64,000 bases of DNA, taken from assembly GCA_022822625.1 (NCBI GenBank), contig JAJEAV010000026.1, positions 17,138 to 81,137 on the forward strand. The letters are read 5' to 3'. Of this stretch, positions 19,455-29,353 are shown in pieces; position 1 is the first letter of the stretch; every line of letters starts with the position of its first letter. The stretch is from Gammaproteobacteria bacterium. Its GTDB lineage: Bacteria > Pseudomonadota > Gammaproteobacteria > Arenicellales > Poriferihabitantaceae. The position numbers and the translations under genes were made by a program. The notes beneath the pieces were generated by a model, which saw only the letters and a list, made by a program, of their open reading frames with translations, had not been told where the DNA came from and searched no databases.

Positions 19455-20514
19455 ACTCAGGAACGTAGACAAGGTCGTGGATGGCATGGTTCACATTCAT
19501 CCTGTGAACCTGCTCCTTCAGGACAGGGAATTCAATGTGCTGCTTGGTGCCACATTAAGTGGAAAGACCACGCTCTTGAGATTGATGGCCGGGCTTGAGA
19601 AGCCCTCATCGGGGGAAGTTTTGTTCTCGGGGAAAAATGTCACTGGCGTTTCAGTACAGAAACGAAACATTGCCATGGTCTATCAGGAATTCATCAACTA
19701 CCCGAATTTCAGTGTTTTCGACAATATCGCATCTCCGCTCAGGGTTGCCGGGAAGAAGCCGGACCAGATCAAGCAGGAGGTCGGGGAAATTGCTGAATTG
19801 CTCAGGCTGTCCGAATTTCTGGATCGTGATATCGCCAGTCTGTCAGGGGGGCAGCAGCAACGTATTGCTCTGGCACGGGCACTGGTAAAGCGGGCTTCAC
19901 TGGTCCTGCTTGATGAGCCACTGGCGAATCTGGACTACAAACTGAGAGAGCAATTGCGTGAAGAGCTGCCACGGCTGTTTGTAGCATCCGGTTCCACGGT
20001 GGTTTATGCAACCAGTGAACCTGAAGAAGCGCTTATGCTTGGTGGTCACATTGCAATGCTACATGAAGGGAAGGTTGTACAGTATGGCAAGACAACGGAC
20101 ATTTATCGACGGCCCGGGAATCTGGAAAGTGCAAGAATATTCTCTCATCCGCCAATCAATGTGACAACGATTGTCAAGTCAAGCGGCGTGATTGCGATTC
20201 CGGGAGTCACTGAATGGCAGTGCCCCGAGGTATTTCGGGATCGTCCGGATGGCGAGTATCTTCTCGGAATTCGACCGCATCACTTGAGTTTGACCAGCCC
20301 AGAACGAGATGCCAGGCTAGTTACCATATCGGGAACCGTGCAACTAGCGGAAATCAGCGGTTCAGTCAGTCTTGTTCACATGCGCATTAATGGCAATGAC
20401 TGGATTTCCGAATCCGGGGGCATTCATCCGCATTCGATCGGAGAGTCGATAAAAGTATATATGCATCTTGATGGGTGCCTTTATTTTGACCGGGACGGTA
20501 CCGCGATCTACTGA
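19444..20514 (+). CDS. glpS: Glycerol ABC transporter ATP-binding protein (GlpS type); TTG start inferred
   Basis: LLGATLSGKTTL, LSGGQQQR, LLDEPLANLDYKLRE and C-terminal TOBE-like region. Confidence 0.85.
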   Translation: MSVELRNVDKVVDGMVHIHPVNLLLQDREFNVLLGATLSGKTTLLRLMAGLEKPSSGEVLFSGKNVTGVSVQKRNIAMVYQEFINYPNFSVFDNIASPLRVAGKKPDQIKQEVGEIAELLRLSEFLDRDIASLSGGQQQRIALARALVKRASLVLLDEPLANLDYKLREQLREELPRLFVASGSTVVYATSEPEEALMLGGHIAMLHEGKVVQYGKTTDIYRRPGNLESARIFSHPPINVTTIVKSSGVIAIPGVTEWQCPEVFRDRPDGEYLLGIRPHHLSLTSPERDARLVTISGTVQLAEISGSVSLVHMRINGNDWISESGGIHPHSIGESIKVYMHLDGCLYFDRDGTAIY

Positions 20515-20529
20515 CGAAAATACGAGATC

Positions 20530-21624
20530 ATGACCAAAATCGCCCTGCAGAATATTAGACACAGCTATCTAGGCAGTCCGCAAACGGACGGGGATTTTGC
20601 AATCAAGCACATTAATACGGTGTTTGAAGATGGTGGGGCCTATGCACTGTTGGGGCCATCCGGTTGTGGCAAGACTACCTTGCTGGGTATTGTCTCCGGC
20701 CTCATATCGCCGACCTCAGGGCGAATTCTGTTTGATGGAGAAGACATCACCAGGGTGGATACGATTCATCGTCATATCGCCCAGGTATTCCAGTTTCCGG
20801 TCATCTACGACACCATGACGGTATTCGACAATCTTGCATTTCCACTTCGCAACAGAAAAGTGCCGGAATCCGATATCAAGGCCAGGGTTCTTGACGTTGC
20901 AAAAATGCTGGATCTGGAAGAGGGCATTCATCGAAGAGCGGCTTCGCTGACGGTTGATGGCAAGCAGAAAATTTCCCTAGGCCGTGGTCTGGTGAGAGAA
21001 GATGTTAATGTCATGATGTTTGATGAACCCCTGACGGTTATTGACCAGAACATGAAGTGGGAATTGCGTTCCAAGTTGAAAGAACTGCATCAGAATGTAC
21101 GGACAACCATGATCTACGTAACCCACGACCAGACAGAAGCACTGACTTTTGCGGATGAAGTGCTGGTCATGTACGAGGGCAGGGTTGTTCAGTCTGGAAC
21201 ACCGGTCGAGCTGTTTGAAAAACCCAGGCATACTTTTGTAGGCTATTTCATTGGTTCCCCTGGCATGAATATATTTCCCTGCCAAATCAGCGGTGAGACC
21301 GTGGAGTTCTCGGGGTTACCGATTGAGTGTGACAATCAGATTCAAGGTATACGAAGTCTTCAGGACAGTCAGGCCATTACCGAGATTGGCATCCGCCCCG
21401 AATATGTCCGGTTCAGCAATCAGGGTATTCCAGTCAGGATTTGCCGGGTTGATGATCTTGGACGACACCAACTGGTACATGTTGAGCATGAGCATCATGC
21501 AATCAAGTTGATATGTCCGGAAGATGCGCCCATACCGGAAGGCAGTGCATGCGTCCGTTTTGAGAAATCCCGAACGTTTCTGTATGCCGATAAATGGCTG
21601 GCAGGGGAGGGTAGCCAGTCATGA
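20530..21624 (+). CDS. Glycerol ABC transporter second ATP-binding protein (Rhizobium GlpT type, not the E. coli MFS GlpT)
   Basis: GPSGCGKTT, AQVFQFPVIYDTMTV, KQKISLGRGLVR and FDEPLTVID. Confidence 0.88.
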   Translation: MTKIALQNIRHSYLGSPQTDGDFAIKHINTVFEDGGAYALLGPSGCGKTTLLGIVSGLISPTSGRILFDGEDITRVDTIHRHIAQVFQFPVIYDTMTVFDNLAFPLRNRKVPESDIKARVLDVAKMLDLEEGIHRRAASLTVDGKQKISLGRGLVREDVNVMMFDEPLTVIDQNMKWELRSKLKELHQNVRTTMIYVTHDQTEALTFADEVLVMYEGRVVQSGTPVELFEKPRHTFVGYFIGSPGMNIFPCQISGETVEFSGLPIECDNQIQGIRSLQDSQAITEIGIRPEYVRFSNQGIPVRICRVDDLGRHQLVHVEHEHHAIKLICPEDAPIPEGSACVRFEKSRTFLYADKWLAGEGSQS

Positions 21625-22487
21625 TCAACAAAACGATAAGGCAAAGTGCCTGGCTTTTTGTCGTTCCTGTAGTATTGCTGGTTGCCTTCAATGCGTTGAT
21701 CCCCTTGATGACGGTAGTCAACTATGCATTTCAGGAGACATTCGGGGATAACGTATTTTTCTGGGAAGGGTTAACTTGGTTTGAACAGGTTCTCAATTCC
21801 GACCGGTTCCATGATGCGTTTCTCAGGCAGATCATGTTTACCTCCATCATCCTGTTGATCGAGGTTCCGCTTGGCATAGCCATTGCATTGAGCATGCCGA
21901 GAAAAGGACCCTGGGTTTCGGTTTGTCTGGTCCTGATGGCATTGCCGTTGCTTATTCCCTGGAATGTCGTTGGTGCGATGTGGAACATTTTCGCCTTGCC
22001 CGATATTGGCCTTCTGGGCTATTCCCTGAACAGCATGGGTATTGACTACAACTTTACCCAGCAACCCATATCTGCCTGGGCAACCATGATTCTGATGGAT
22101 GTCTGGCACTGGACTTCATTGGTGGTCCTGCTGGCTTATGCGGGATTAACTGCCATTCCGGAAGCCTACTATCAGGCAGCCAGAATTGACGGTGCCTCGA
22201 AATGGGCTGTATTCAAGTGGATCCAGTTGCCCAAGATGAAACGTGTCCTGACGATTGCAATTCTGCTTCGGTTCATGGACAGTTTCATGATTTACACCGA
22301 ACTCATTGTACTTACCGGAGGTGGGCCGGGTAATTCAACAACATTACTGTCGATTGACTTGGTGAAGCTGGCTTTAGGTCAGTTTGATCTGGGCCCTGCC
22401 GCCGCGATGTCGCTGATTTATTTCTTTATCGTGTTGTTGATTTGCTGGGTGTTCTATACCTTGATGATGAAAAATGAGAAACAGTAA
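21621..22487 (+). CDS. Glycerol ABC transporter permease (Rhizobium GlpP type)
   Basis: Multiple TM helices, PLLIPWNVVG, MDVWHWT, EAA-like YQAARIDGAS and LLRFMDSF. Confidence 0.88.
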   Translation: MINKTIRQSAWLFVVPVVLLVAFNALIPLMTVVNYAFQETFGDNVFFWEGLTWFEQVLNSDRFHDAFLRQIMFTSIILLIEVPLGIAIALSMPRKGPWVSVCLVLMALPLLIPWNVVGAMWNIFALPDIGLLGYSLNSMGIDYNFTQQPISAWATMILMDVWHWTSLVVLLAYAGLTAIPEAYYQAARIDGASKWAVFKWIQLPKMKRVLTIAILLRFMDSFMIYTELIVLTGGGPGNSTTLLSIDLVKLALGQFDLGPAAAMSLIYFFIVLLICWVFYTLMMKNEKQ

Positions 22488-23301
22488 CCGATCAGTCTCA
22501 ATACCATTGCACCAGCGCCTGGTGCCAGCCGTCTATATCCTTTTCCTGATGTTGCCGATTTATTGGCTGCTCAGCATGTCATTCAAGACAACCAACGAAA
22601 TTCTAGGAGGGTTTTCATTCTTTCCACAGGATTTCACGCTTGAAAACTATATGGAAATATTCACTGATCCGACTTGGTACAGAGGCTATCTGAATTCCAT
22701 TACCTATGTCGTAATCAATACGGTAATCTCGGTTACCGTTGCATTGCCTGCCGCTTATGCATTTTCACGATATCGATTTCTGGGCGACAAGCACCTGTTT
22801 TTCTGGCTTTTGACCAACCGCATGGCGCCACCCGCAGTTTTTGCCCTGCCGTTTTTTCAGTTGTATGCGGCAATTGACCTGTATGACACGCATATTGCCG
22901 TTGCGCTTGCACATTGTCTGTTCAACATCCCGCTTGCAGTCTGGATTCTGGAAGGGTTCATGTCTGGTGTTCCCAAGCAGCTGGATGAAATGGCGTATAT
23001 CGATGGATATTCCTTTCCACAATTTTTTGTAAGGATATTCATGCCAGCGATCGCATCAGGAATCGGCGTCGCCGCCTTTTTCTGCTTTATGTATTCCTGG
23101 GTAGAAATGCTGCTTTCGAAGACACTGACTTCGGTGGCTGCCAAATCCATTGCGGCAACAATGACCAGGACGGCCAGCACCGCAGGATATGAACTGGGTC
23201 TGCTAGCGGCTGCCGGGGCACTGACAATTATCCCCGGGGCGATTGTGATCTACTTCGTCAGAAACTACATAGCCAGAGGCTTCTCTCTGGGACGGGTATA
23301 G
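22474..23301 (+). CDS. Glycerol ABC transporter permease (Rhizobium GlpQ type)
   Basis: LPIYWL, AAYAFSRYRFLGDKHLFFWLLTNRMAP and LDEMAYIDGYSF. Confidence 0.88.
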   Translation: MRNSNRSVSIPLHQRLVPAVYILFLMLPIYWLLSMSFKTTNEILGGFSFFPQDFTLENYMEIFTDPTWYRGYLNSITYVVINTVISVTVALPAAYAFSRYRFLGDKHLFFWLLTNRMAPPAVFALPFFQLYAAIDLYDTHIAVALAHCLFNIPLAVWILEGFMSGVPKQLDEMAYIDGYSFPQFFVRIFMPAIASGIGVAAFFCFMYSWVEMLLSKTLTSVAAKSIAATMTRTASTAGYELGLLAAAGALTIIPGAIVIYFVRNYIARGFSLGRV

Positions 23302-23305
23302 TCAG

Positions 23306-23590
23306 ATGCTGGATTTATCATGGATGGCATGGACCTGGCCGACTGCCGGATTCTTCATTTTCATTCTGTTGTGTATTGTGTCGATGGGCATCTGGGAAAA
23401 ATTCAGTCCGGGAGGGGGACCCAGACGTGGGGTCCTTGGCATTGATACCACAAGGGGCGATCGTCTGTTCATCAGCCTGCTCGGCGGCATTTTCATTTTT
23501 CTCGGCTGGCTCTGGATATTTTCGACACCTCTTTGGGGAGCATTGGTTCTCTCGATTATCTGGACAATTGCTGTCTTTCTCCGCTTTTAA
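23306..23590 (+). CDS. glpU: Small membrane protein DUF2160 (GlpU type)
   Basis: WMAWTWPTA and RRGVLGIDTTRGDRLFISLLG. Confidence 0.85.
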   Translation: MLDLSWMAWTWPTAGFFIFILLCIVSMGIWEKFSPGGGPRRGVLGIDTTRGDRLFISLLGGIFIFLGWLWIFSTPLWGALVLSIIWTIAVFLRF

Positions 23591-23626
23591 CTGACCTGCA
23601 GGTCTTTTTTTACCGGGAGAGTTGAA

Positions 23627-25174
23627 ATGACCATTGAACTAGATGAACAGGATATTTTCGATTTGGTGGTCATCGGTGGTGGCATCAATGGTGCCGGCAT
23701 TGCTCGGGATGCGTCTGGTCGAGGACTCAAGGTACTACTCTGTGAAAAAGATGATTTTGCCGGACATACTTCATCAGCCAGCACCAAGCTGATTCATGGT
23801 GGCTTACGCTATCTTGAGAATTATCATTTTGGACTGGTCAGGCACAGTCTGCGTGAGCGTGAAATTCTTCTCAGGAATTCTCCACATATCATATGGCCTC
23901 TACGATTCATATTACCGCATGACCGTTCCCTGAGACCCAAATGGCTAATCCGGGCAGGGTTATTCATTTATGACTCGTTGGCACCGATGCATCAACTGGA
24001 AAAATCCAGTCAGGTCAGACTGCAGCAACATGTGGCTGGAGGAGTATTGAAGTCGCAGTATCAGCATGGCTTTTTGTACTCGGATTGCTGGGTCCAGGAT
24101 TCGCGGCTGGTGATTTTGAATGTGGTTGCTGCAGAAGCTTTTGGTGCCTGCGTACTCAATCGAACCAGGTGTATAGACTTGAAGCGCGAGGAGAACTACT
24201 GGTGGGTCACCCTTGACCGGCATGGCGATGGTAGCATGTTGAAGGGGATTAGCCAAATTCGTGCCCGGGCAGTAGTTAATGCTACTGGTGCATGGGTAGG
24301 TTCCATGGCCGGGGACTTTCATCAAGAGGACAGTCAACAGCAGGTCCAGCTTGTTCGTGGCAGTCATATCGTGGTGCGGAAACTGTTTGATCATCCCTAT
24401 GCATTTGTCTTCCAGACAATTGATCGCAGGGTAGTTTTCTGCATTCCTTACGAGCGGGATTTTACCCTGATTGGAACTACGGAGACGGGTTTGGGCAGAC
24501 CGGATGACGAGGATGGAATCTCTGATCCAGAAATCGAGTATCTCTGTCGGGTCGTGAATCGATATCTTGCTGTTGCGGTCAATCCAGATGATGTTGTCTG
24601 GACTTTCAGCGGAGTACGGACGCTTTGTGGTGATGACGAAACGGAAGCAAGTCGATTATCCCGGGACTACACGTTACGATACGACGATGCATTGGCCCCG
24701 ATTGTTTCCGTGTTCGGCGGCAAAATCACAACCTACCGACTCCTGGCAGAAGATGTACTGGATCATTTTCGTGATCTCGATGGTTTCAACAGGCCAAAAT
24801 GGACACATGACGGCATTTTGCCGGGTGGTGATATCGGCAGTAATGATGTCAGGGAATATGCGTCTCTTCTGTCAATGCAGTACAGCTGGATAACACCGGA
24901 TCTGGCTAGTCACTATGCCTGTCATTATGGAACAAATTCTCATCGTATTCTGGCGAACTCGACAAAACTAGGTGACTTGGGGCAAGAATTTTCACCGAAT
25001 CTCTTTCAGGCTGAAGTTGACTACTTGATTAAGCATGAATATGCAAATTTTGCTGAAGATATTATCTGGAGGCGCACACGGCATGGTATTCGAATGAACC
25101 GTGATCAGATATCTGGCTTGCGGCGGTACATGGACTCTGTGTTAGACTTTTCCGGGAATTCCGGGGGTATGTAA
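23627..25174 (+). CDS. glpD: FAD-dependent glycerol-3-phosphate dehydrogenase
   Basis: GGGINGAGIARDA, TSSASTKLIHGGLRYLE, GSHIV and GGKITTYR. Confidence 0.95.
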   Translation: MTIELDEQDIFDLVVIGGGINGAGIARDASGRGLKVLLCEKDDFAGHTSSASTKLIHGGLRYLENYHFGLVRHSLREREILLRNSPHIIWPLRFILPHDRSLRPKWLIRAGLFIYDSLAPMHQLEKSSQVRLQQHVAGGVLKSQYQHGFLYSDCWVQDSRLVILNVVAAEAFGACVLNRTRCIDLKREENYWWVTLDRHGDGSMLKGISQIRARAVVNATGAWVGSMAGDFHQEDSQQQVQLVRGSHIVVRKLFDHPYAFVFQTIDRRVVFCIPYERDFTLIGTTETGLGRPDDEDGISDPEIEYLCRVVNRYLAVAVNPDDVVWTFSGVRTLCGDDETEASRLSRDYTLRYDDALAPIVSVFGGKITTYRLLAEDVLDHFRDLDGFNRPKWTHDGILPGGDIGSNDVREYASLLSMQYSWITPDLASHYACHYGTNSHRILANSTKLGDLGQEFSPNLFQAEVDYLIKHEYANFAEDIIWRRTRHGIRMNRDQISGLRRYMDSVLDFSGNSGGM

Positions 25175-26673
25175 TGCAGGCATACGTTCTTAGCATAGAT
25201 CAGGGTACAACGAGCTCACGTGCTCTTCTGGTTGATCAAGACGGTAATGTTGTTCACTCCGAGCAACAGGAGTTCACCCAGTATTTCCCGAATGATGGCT
25301 GGGTGGAACACGACCCAAGAGAAATCTGGCAAACAACACTGGGTGCTGCAAGCAAGGTACTTCAGTATGCTGAAGGCCTGGTTGGAGAAGTCAAGGCGAT
25401 TGGAATTACCAATCAGCGTGAGACCACGATTGTGTGGGATCGTCATACGGGAGAGCCCATCTATAACGCAATCGTATGGCAGGACCGGCGTACTGGGGAT
25501 TTTTGCCATTCCCTGAACGATCCCGGCACTTCCGAATTTGTCCAGGATAGAACGGGACTTCTACTTGATCCGTATTTCTCGGCAACAAAGCTGGCCTGGA
25601 TTCTGGATCAGGTTCCCGGAGCACGTCAACGGGCGAATCGCGGTGATCTGGTATTTGGAACCGTTGATACATTTCTGATCTGGCATTTGACCGGGGGAGC
25701 ATCGCATGTAACTGATGCAACCAATGCATCACGAACCATGATGTTCAATATTCGAACCAATGAATGGGACCGGGAGTTGTTGAGGTTATTCTCCATTCCG
25801 GAGAATTGTCTGCCAGAGGTCAAGGACTGTGCGGACAATTTCGGTGTTACCAACTCAAGGGTATTGGGGCAAGCATTGCCTATTTTGGGTGTTGCGGGTG
25901 ATCAGCAGGCTGCACTGTTTGGTCAGGCCTGCTTTGAACCGGGCATGCTGAAAAGCACCTATGGGACGGGTTGTTTTCTTGTCATCAATACGGGCACTGA
26001 TCTGGTCAAATCCAGATATCGGATGCTATCGACCATTGGCTATCGGCTTGATGGGCAAACGCACTATGCCATGGAAGGATCCATTTTCGTTGCTGGTGCT
26101 GCCATGCAGTGGCTACGGGATGAACTCCATGTCTTTGACGATGCCGCCGAGTCAGCCGAACTTGCCTTGTCTCTAGAAGACAATTGTGGGGTCTATATGG
26201 TTCCGGCATTGACGGGTTTGGGGGCTCCGCATTGGCTTCCTGATGCACGTGGAGCGATATTCGGAATGACACGCGATACCGGAAAAGCACAATTGGCGCG
26301 TGCTGCACTGGAGTCGATTGCCTATCAGAGTGCAGATTTACTGGAAGCGATTCAGTCTGATGGTGGAAACATCAACCGACTCAGGGTTGATGGTGGCATG
26401 GCCAATAATAACTGGTTTTGCCAGTTTTTGAGCGATGTTCTGAATTTGCCGGTTGATCGACCTACAAATACGGAAACCACGGCTCTTGGTGCGGCTTATC
26501 TTGCGGGTTTGAAGTGCGGTTTTTACACATCTTTGGAGTCAATCACGAAAAACTGGCGTGCAGACATTACATTTGATTCCCGGATGGGTGATAGACAGCG
26601 AAAAGAGCATCGAAAGCGCTGGAAAAAGGCGGTTGAAATGGTTGCTGGGTTTGCAAAAAACAATGCATCTTGA
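25174..26673 (+). CDS. glpK: Glycerol kinase
   Basis: IDQGTTSSRA, GITNQRETT, WQDRRT, DPYFSATK, GDQQAALFGQ and KSTYGTG. Confidence 0.97.
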   Translation: MQAYVLSIDQGTTSSRALLVDQDGNVVHSEQQEFTQYFPNDGWVEHDPREIWQTTLGAASKVLQYAEGLVGEVKAIGITNQRETTIVWDRHTGEPIYNAIVWQDRRTGDFCHSLNDPGTSEFVQDRTGLLLDPYFSATKLAWILDQVPGARQRANRGDLVFGTVDTFLIWHLTGGASHVTDATNASRTMMFNIRTNEWDRELLRLFSIPENCLPEVKDCADNFGVTNSRVLGQALPILGVAGDQQAALFGQACFEPGMLKSTYGTGCFLVINTGTDLVKSRYRMLSTIGYRLDGQTHYAMEGSIFVAGAAMQWLRDELHVFDDAAESAELALSLEDNCGVYMVPALTGLGAPHWLPDARGAIFGMTRDTGKAQLARAALESIAYQSADLLEAIQSDGGNINRLRVDGGMANNNWFCQFLSDVLNLPVDRPTNTETTALGAAYLAGLKCGFYTSLESITKNWRADITFDSRMGDRQRKEHRKRWKKAVEMVAGFAKNNAS

Positions 26674-27190
26674 TCATCTATTCTGACTCGGCGAAGTATT
26701 CAATGAAGCGGGGGTAAGAACTTATAAAGTCATGGCAAATGGGTATAATTGATACCCAGAGACCCGTTGCCAGACTGACTGAAATATACGGATTCTTGAT
26801 TCCGAAAAAACATGGCAGAAAGTATTTGTCTTTTCCTTATTGATTCGTATTTTCAGATGATGTTTGGTGTTCTTTGTCAACAGAGATGGCGGAAACGGAT
26901 TTTCCGGCTCTCGGCCCATGCGTAAAGAACTTCGTAGCACGATTGTGCCATTTGACAGGGTAGGGCATAATGCCTGCAAATATCTCTAATACAAACGCCT
27001 CCTGCCTTGGTATTCCTGCAGTGTATGGTACAGACTTATTTTTCAGCATCGATTCCAGGGACTTGCAATTGAGCAAAATGCCGTCATAGAGGACTTTTCA
27101 GGGGTCCTTGGCCGTTAACATCTGTCAGCAGACAGCCAGATTTTCATATCAGGCTATAATACGTACTTGATGATCGTCAAGAAACAAGTC

Positions 27191-27688
27191 ATGAAATTAT
27201 CGAGAATTCCTGTCATTGTCCTTGCCATGCTGTCGCTTCAGATTCAGGCGGACGAACCTGCCCTGTTCAGCACCCAGAACCTGACACCGAAAACTGCCCT
27301 GAAGGCCGCCTTGGCAGCGCTGGACAAGTGTCGCGACGAGGGATATCAAGTGGCGGTGGTCGTTACGGATCGCAACGGTCTTCCCCAGGTCATGATTCGC
27401 GACCGGTATGCCGGTGCACACACTCCTGAAACTGCAAGTCGCAAGGCCTGGACAGCCACTAGTTTTCGTACCAGTACCTCCGAACTGGTTTCCGTGACCT
27501 CCGCCGGACAGCCTCAATCCGGCATTCGTCATGTTGAGGGTGCGATCATGATCGGCGGAGGCCTATTGATCGATGCCGGCGGTTCCACGGTGGGAGCGAT
27601 CGGAGTGTCCGGTGCTCCGGGTGGGGAACTGGATGATCTCTGCGCTCGGGCCGGAATTGATGCGATCGAAGAAGATATTTTGTTTTAG
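27191..27688 (+). CDS. Exported GlcG/HbpS-family heme-binding protein (DUF336)
   Basis: Signal peptide, VAVVVTDRNG, KAWTA and GAIGVSGAPGG..DD.CA..G. Confidence 0.85.
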   Translation: MKLSRIPVIVLAMLSLQIQADEPALFSTQNLTPKTALKAALAALDKCRDEGYQVAVVVTDRNGLPQVMIRDRYAGAHTPETASRKAWTATSFRTSTSELVSVTSAGQPQSGIRHVEGAIMIGGGLLIDAGGSTVGAIGVSGAPGGELDDLCARAGIDAIEEDILF

Positions 27689-27820
27689 GAAAATTTATTT
27701 TATTAAATATATCAATGTATTATAGAATATATTTATAGCATTAAACAAACAACAAGTGTAAACTAACGAAAATGGCAGTTACCCTCCGACCTGGAGAGTG
27801 CCAACAAGAGAGGATTTGAT

Positions 27821-28474
27821 ATGGACACAGAGATATTCGCCCCCGATCCCATAAAATCGGAGACTACCAACACGGGGATACTTCCACGACCCACTCAGCC
27901 TGAAGCGGAGGCTGCGGTACGGACGCTGATCGAATGGGCGGGCGATAACCCCGATCGCGAAGGCCTTCGAGGTACACCTGAACGTGTGGTGCGGGCTTAT
28001 AGAGAGTTCTTTGCCGGATATGATGTAGATCCTAGTGCATTGCTTGAGAAGACATTTGAGGAAACTGACACCTACGACGAGATGATCGTATTACGCGACA
28101 TCCGTCTCGAATCGCACTGTGAGCATCATATCGTGCCTATTCTGGGAAAGGCGCATATCGGTTATCTACCAGCAGGACGTGTTGTCGGGATTTCCAAACT
28201 AGCACGTCTTGTCGAAGTGTTCGCCAAGCGAATGCAGATTCAAGAGGTGCTCACCTCGCAGATCGCAGATACTATACAGGAGGTGCTGAAACCGCACGGT
28301 GTCGGCGTTGTGATCGAAGCGGCACACCAGTGCATGACCACGCGCGGGATTCGCAACCCGAGTGTCACCATGGTAACTAGCCGCATGCTGGGCAGTTTCC
28401 GCAATGATTCAGAGACTCGCCGGGAATTTCTCTCGATCATCGGAAATCCCAGAGGTGATTTCAATGGTGCCTGA
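27821..28474 (+). CDS. folE: GTP cyclohydrolase I
   Basis: [28 protein letters not shown] and HQCMTTRG. Confidence 0.96.
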   Translation: MDTEIFAPDPIKSETTNTGILPRPTQPEAEAAVRTLIEWAGDNPDREGLRGTPERVVRAYREFFAGYDVDPSALLEKTFEETDTYDEMIVLRDIRLESHCEHHIVPILGKAHIGYLPAGRVVGISKLARLVEVFAKRMQIQEVLTSQIADTIQEVLKPHGVGVVIEAAHQCMTTRGIRNPSVTMVTSRMLGSFRNDSETRREFLSIIGNPRGDFNGA

Positions 28475-28967
28475 AAGTCCCATTCCAGCGGATGCTCTTC
28501 CTTTCACTGCAAGGAACAGTATCGAACAGGTCGAGGAAGGTCTTGACTTGGCACCTAAATTCGATGCCGACGGACTGATTCCCTGCATCACGACTGATGC
28601 TGACACTGGAGAGGTGTTGATGCTGGGATACATGAATGGCGAGGCCCTACAGCGAACGATCGTAACTGGTGAAGCGCACTATTGGAGCCGAAGTCGCCAG
28701 TGTCTTTGGCATAAGGGAGCAACTAGCGGTCTCATCCAAGAAGTTGTCGAAATGCGCATCGATGATGATCAGGATGCAATCTGGTTACGTGTTCAGGTTG
28801 CGGGCTCGGGCGCAAGTTGTCATGTCGGATACCGTTCCTGTTTCTACCGGTCGGTTGAACTGGGAGATCATTCTGACAAACCTGCACGGCTCGTGTTCAC
28901 GGAGTCAGGGAAAACCTTTGATCCAAAGCAGGTTTATGGTAATGAGCCGAATCCGACCAAGCTTTAA
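28464..28967 (+). CDS. hisI: Phosphoribosyl-AMP cyclohydrolase (variant with DDDQD in place of DCDxD)
   Basis: [29 protein letters not shown] and [10 protein letters not shown]; ATG at 28464 preceded by a GAGGTG Shine-Dalgarno. Confidence 0.92.
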   Translation: MVPESPIPADALPFTARNSIEQVEEGLDLAPKFDADGLIPCITTDADTGEVLMLGYMNGEALQRTIVTGEAHYWSRSRQCLWHKGATSGLIQEVVEMRIDDDQDAIWLRVQVAGSGASCHVGYRSCFYRSVELGDHSDKPARLVFTESGKTFDPKQVYGNEPNPTKL

Positions 28968-29353
28968 CCTGGATAGCGGCATATATCAAAAAACTTTTCA
29001 GAAAAAACGCCCTGATCTGACAACGTTGCATGGCTGAACTGCCCCTTCGACCGTAACCACGAGATGTAGCGCATTCCTGAATCAACTGGGTGATGGGTGA
29101 ATTCCATGATGCTGATCAGCTGCTGGAATTGTTGCCGCCAGAGTGCCAGAATTAGCATTTCACCCGGAGGCAGATGGTGTGTCGTATATGTTCTGCCCCT
29201 GATTGAAGGACAGATTTTCACTTCGGAGTGGAACTCGAACATGGAAGATATACTTCTCCTGCGGTTTTTTTACATTCAATGGCAAAGACTGTCACTATCG
29301 GGTTTCCCGGCAACATTCGTCAACTTCTTTACAGGAACCTAGAAAATACCAAG

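Noticed and set aside
26722-27076. Two overlapping minus-strand ORFs after glpK
   Set aside because: No recognisable homology or translation signals.
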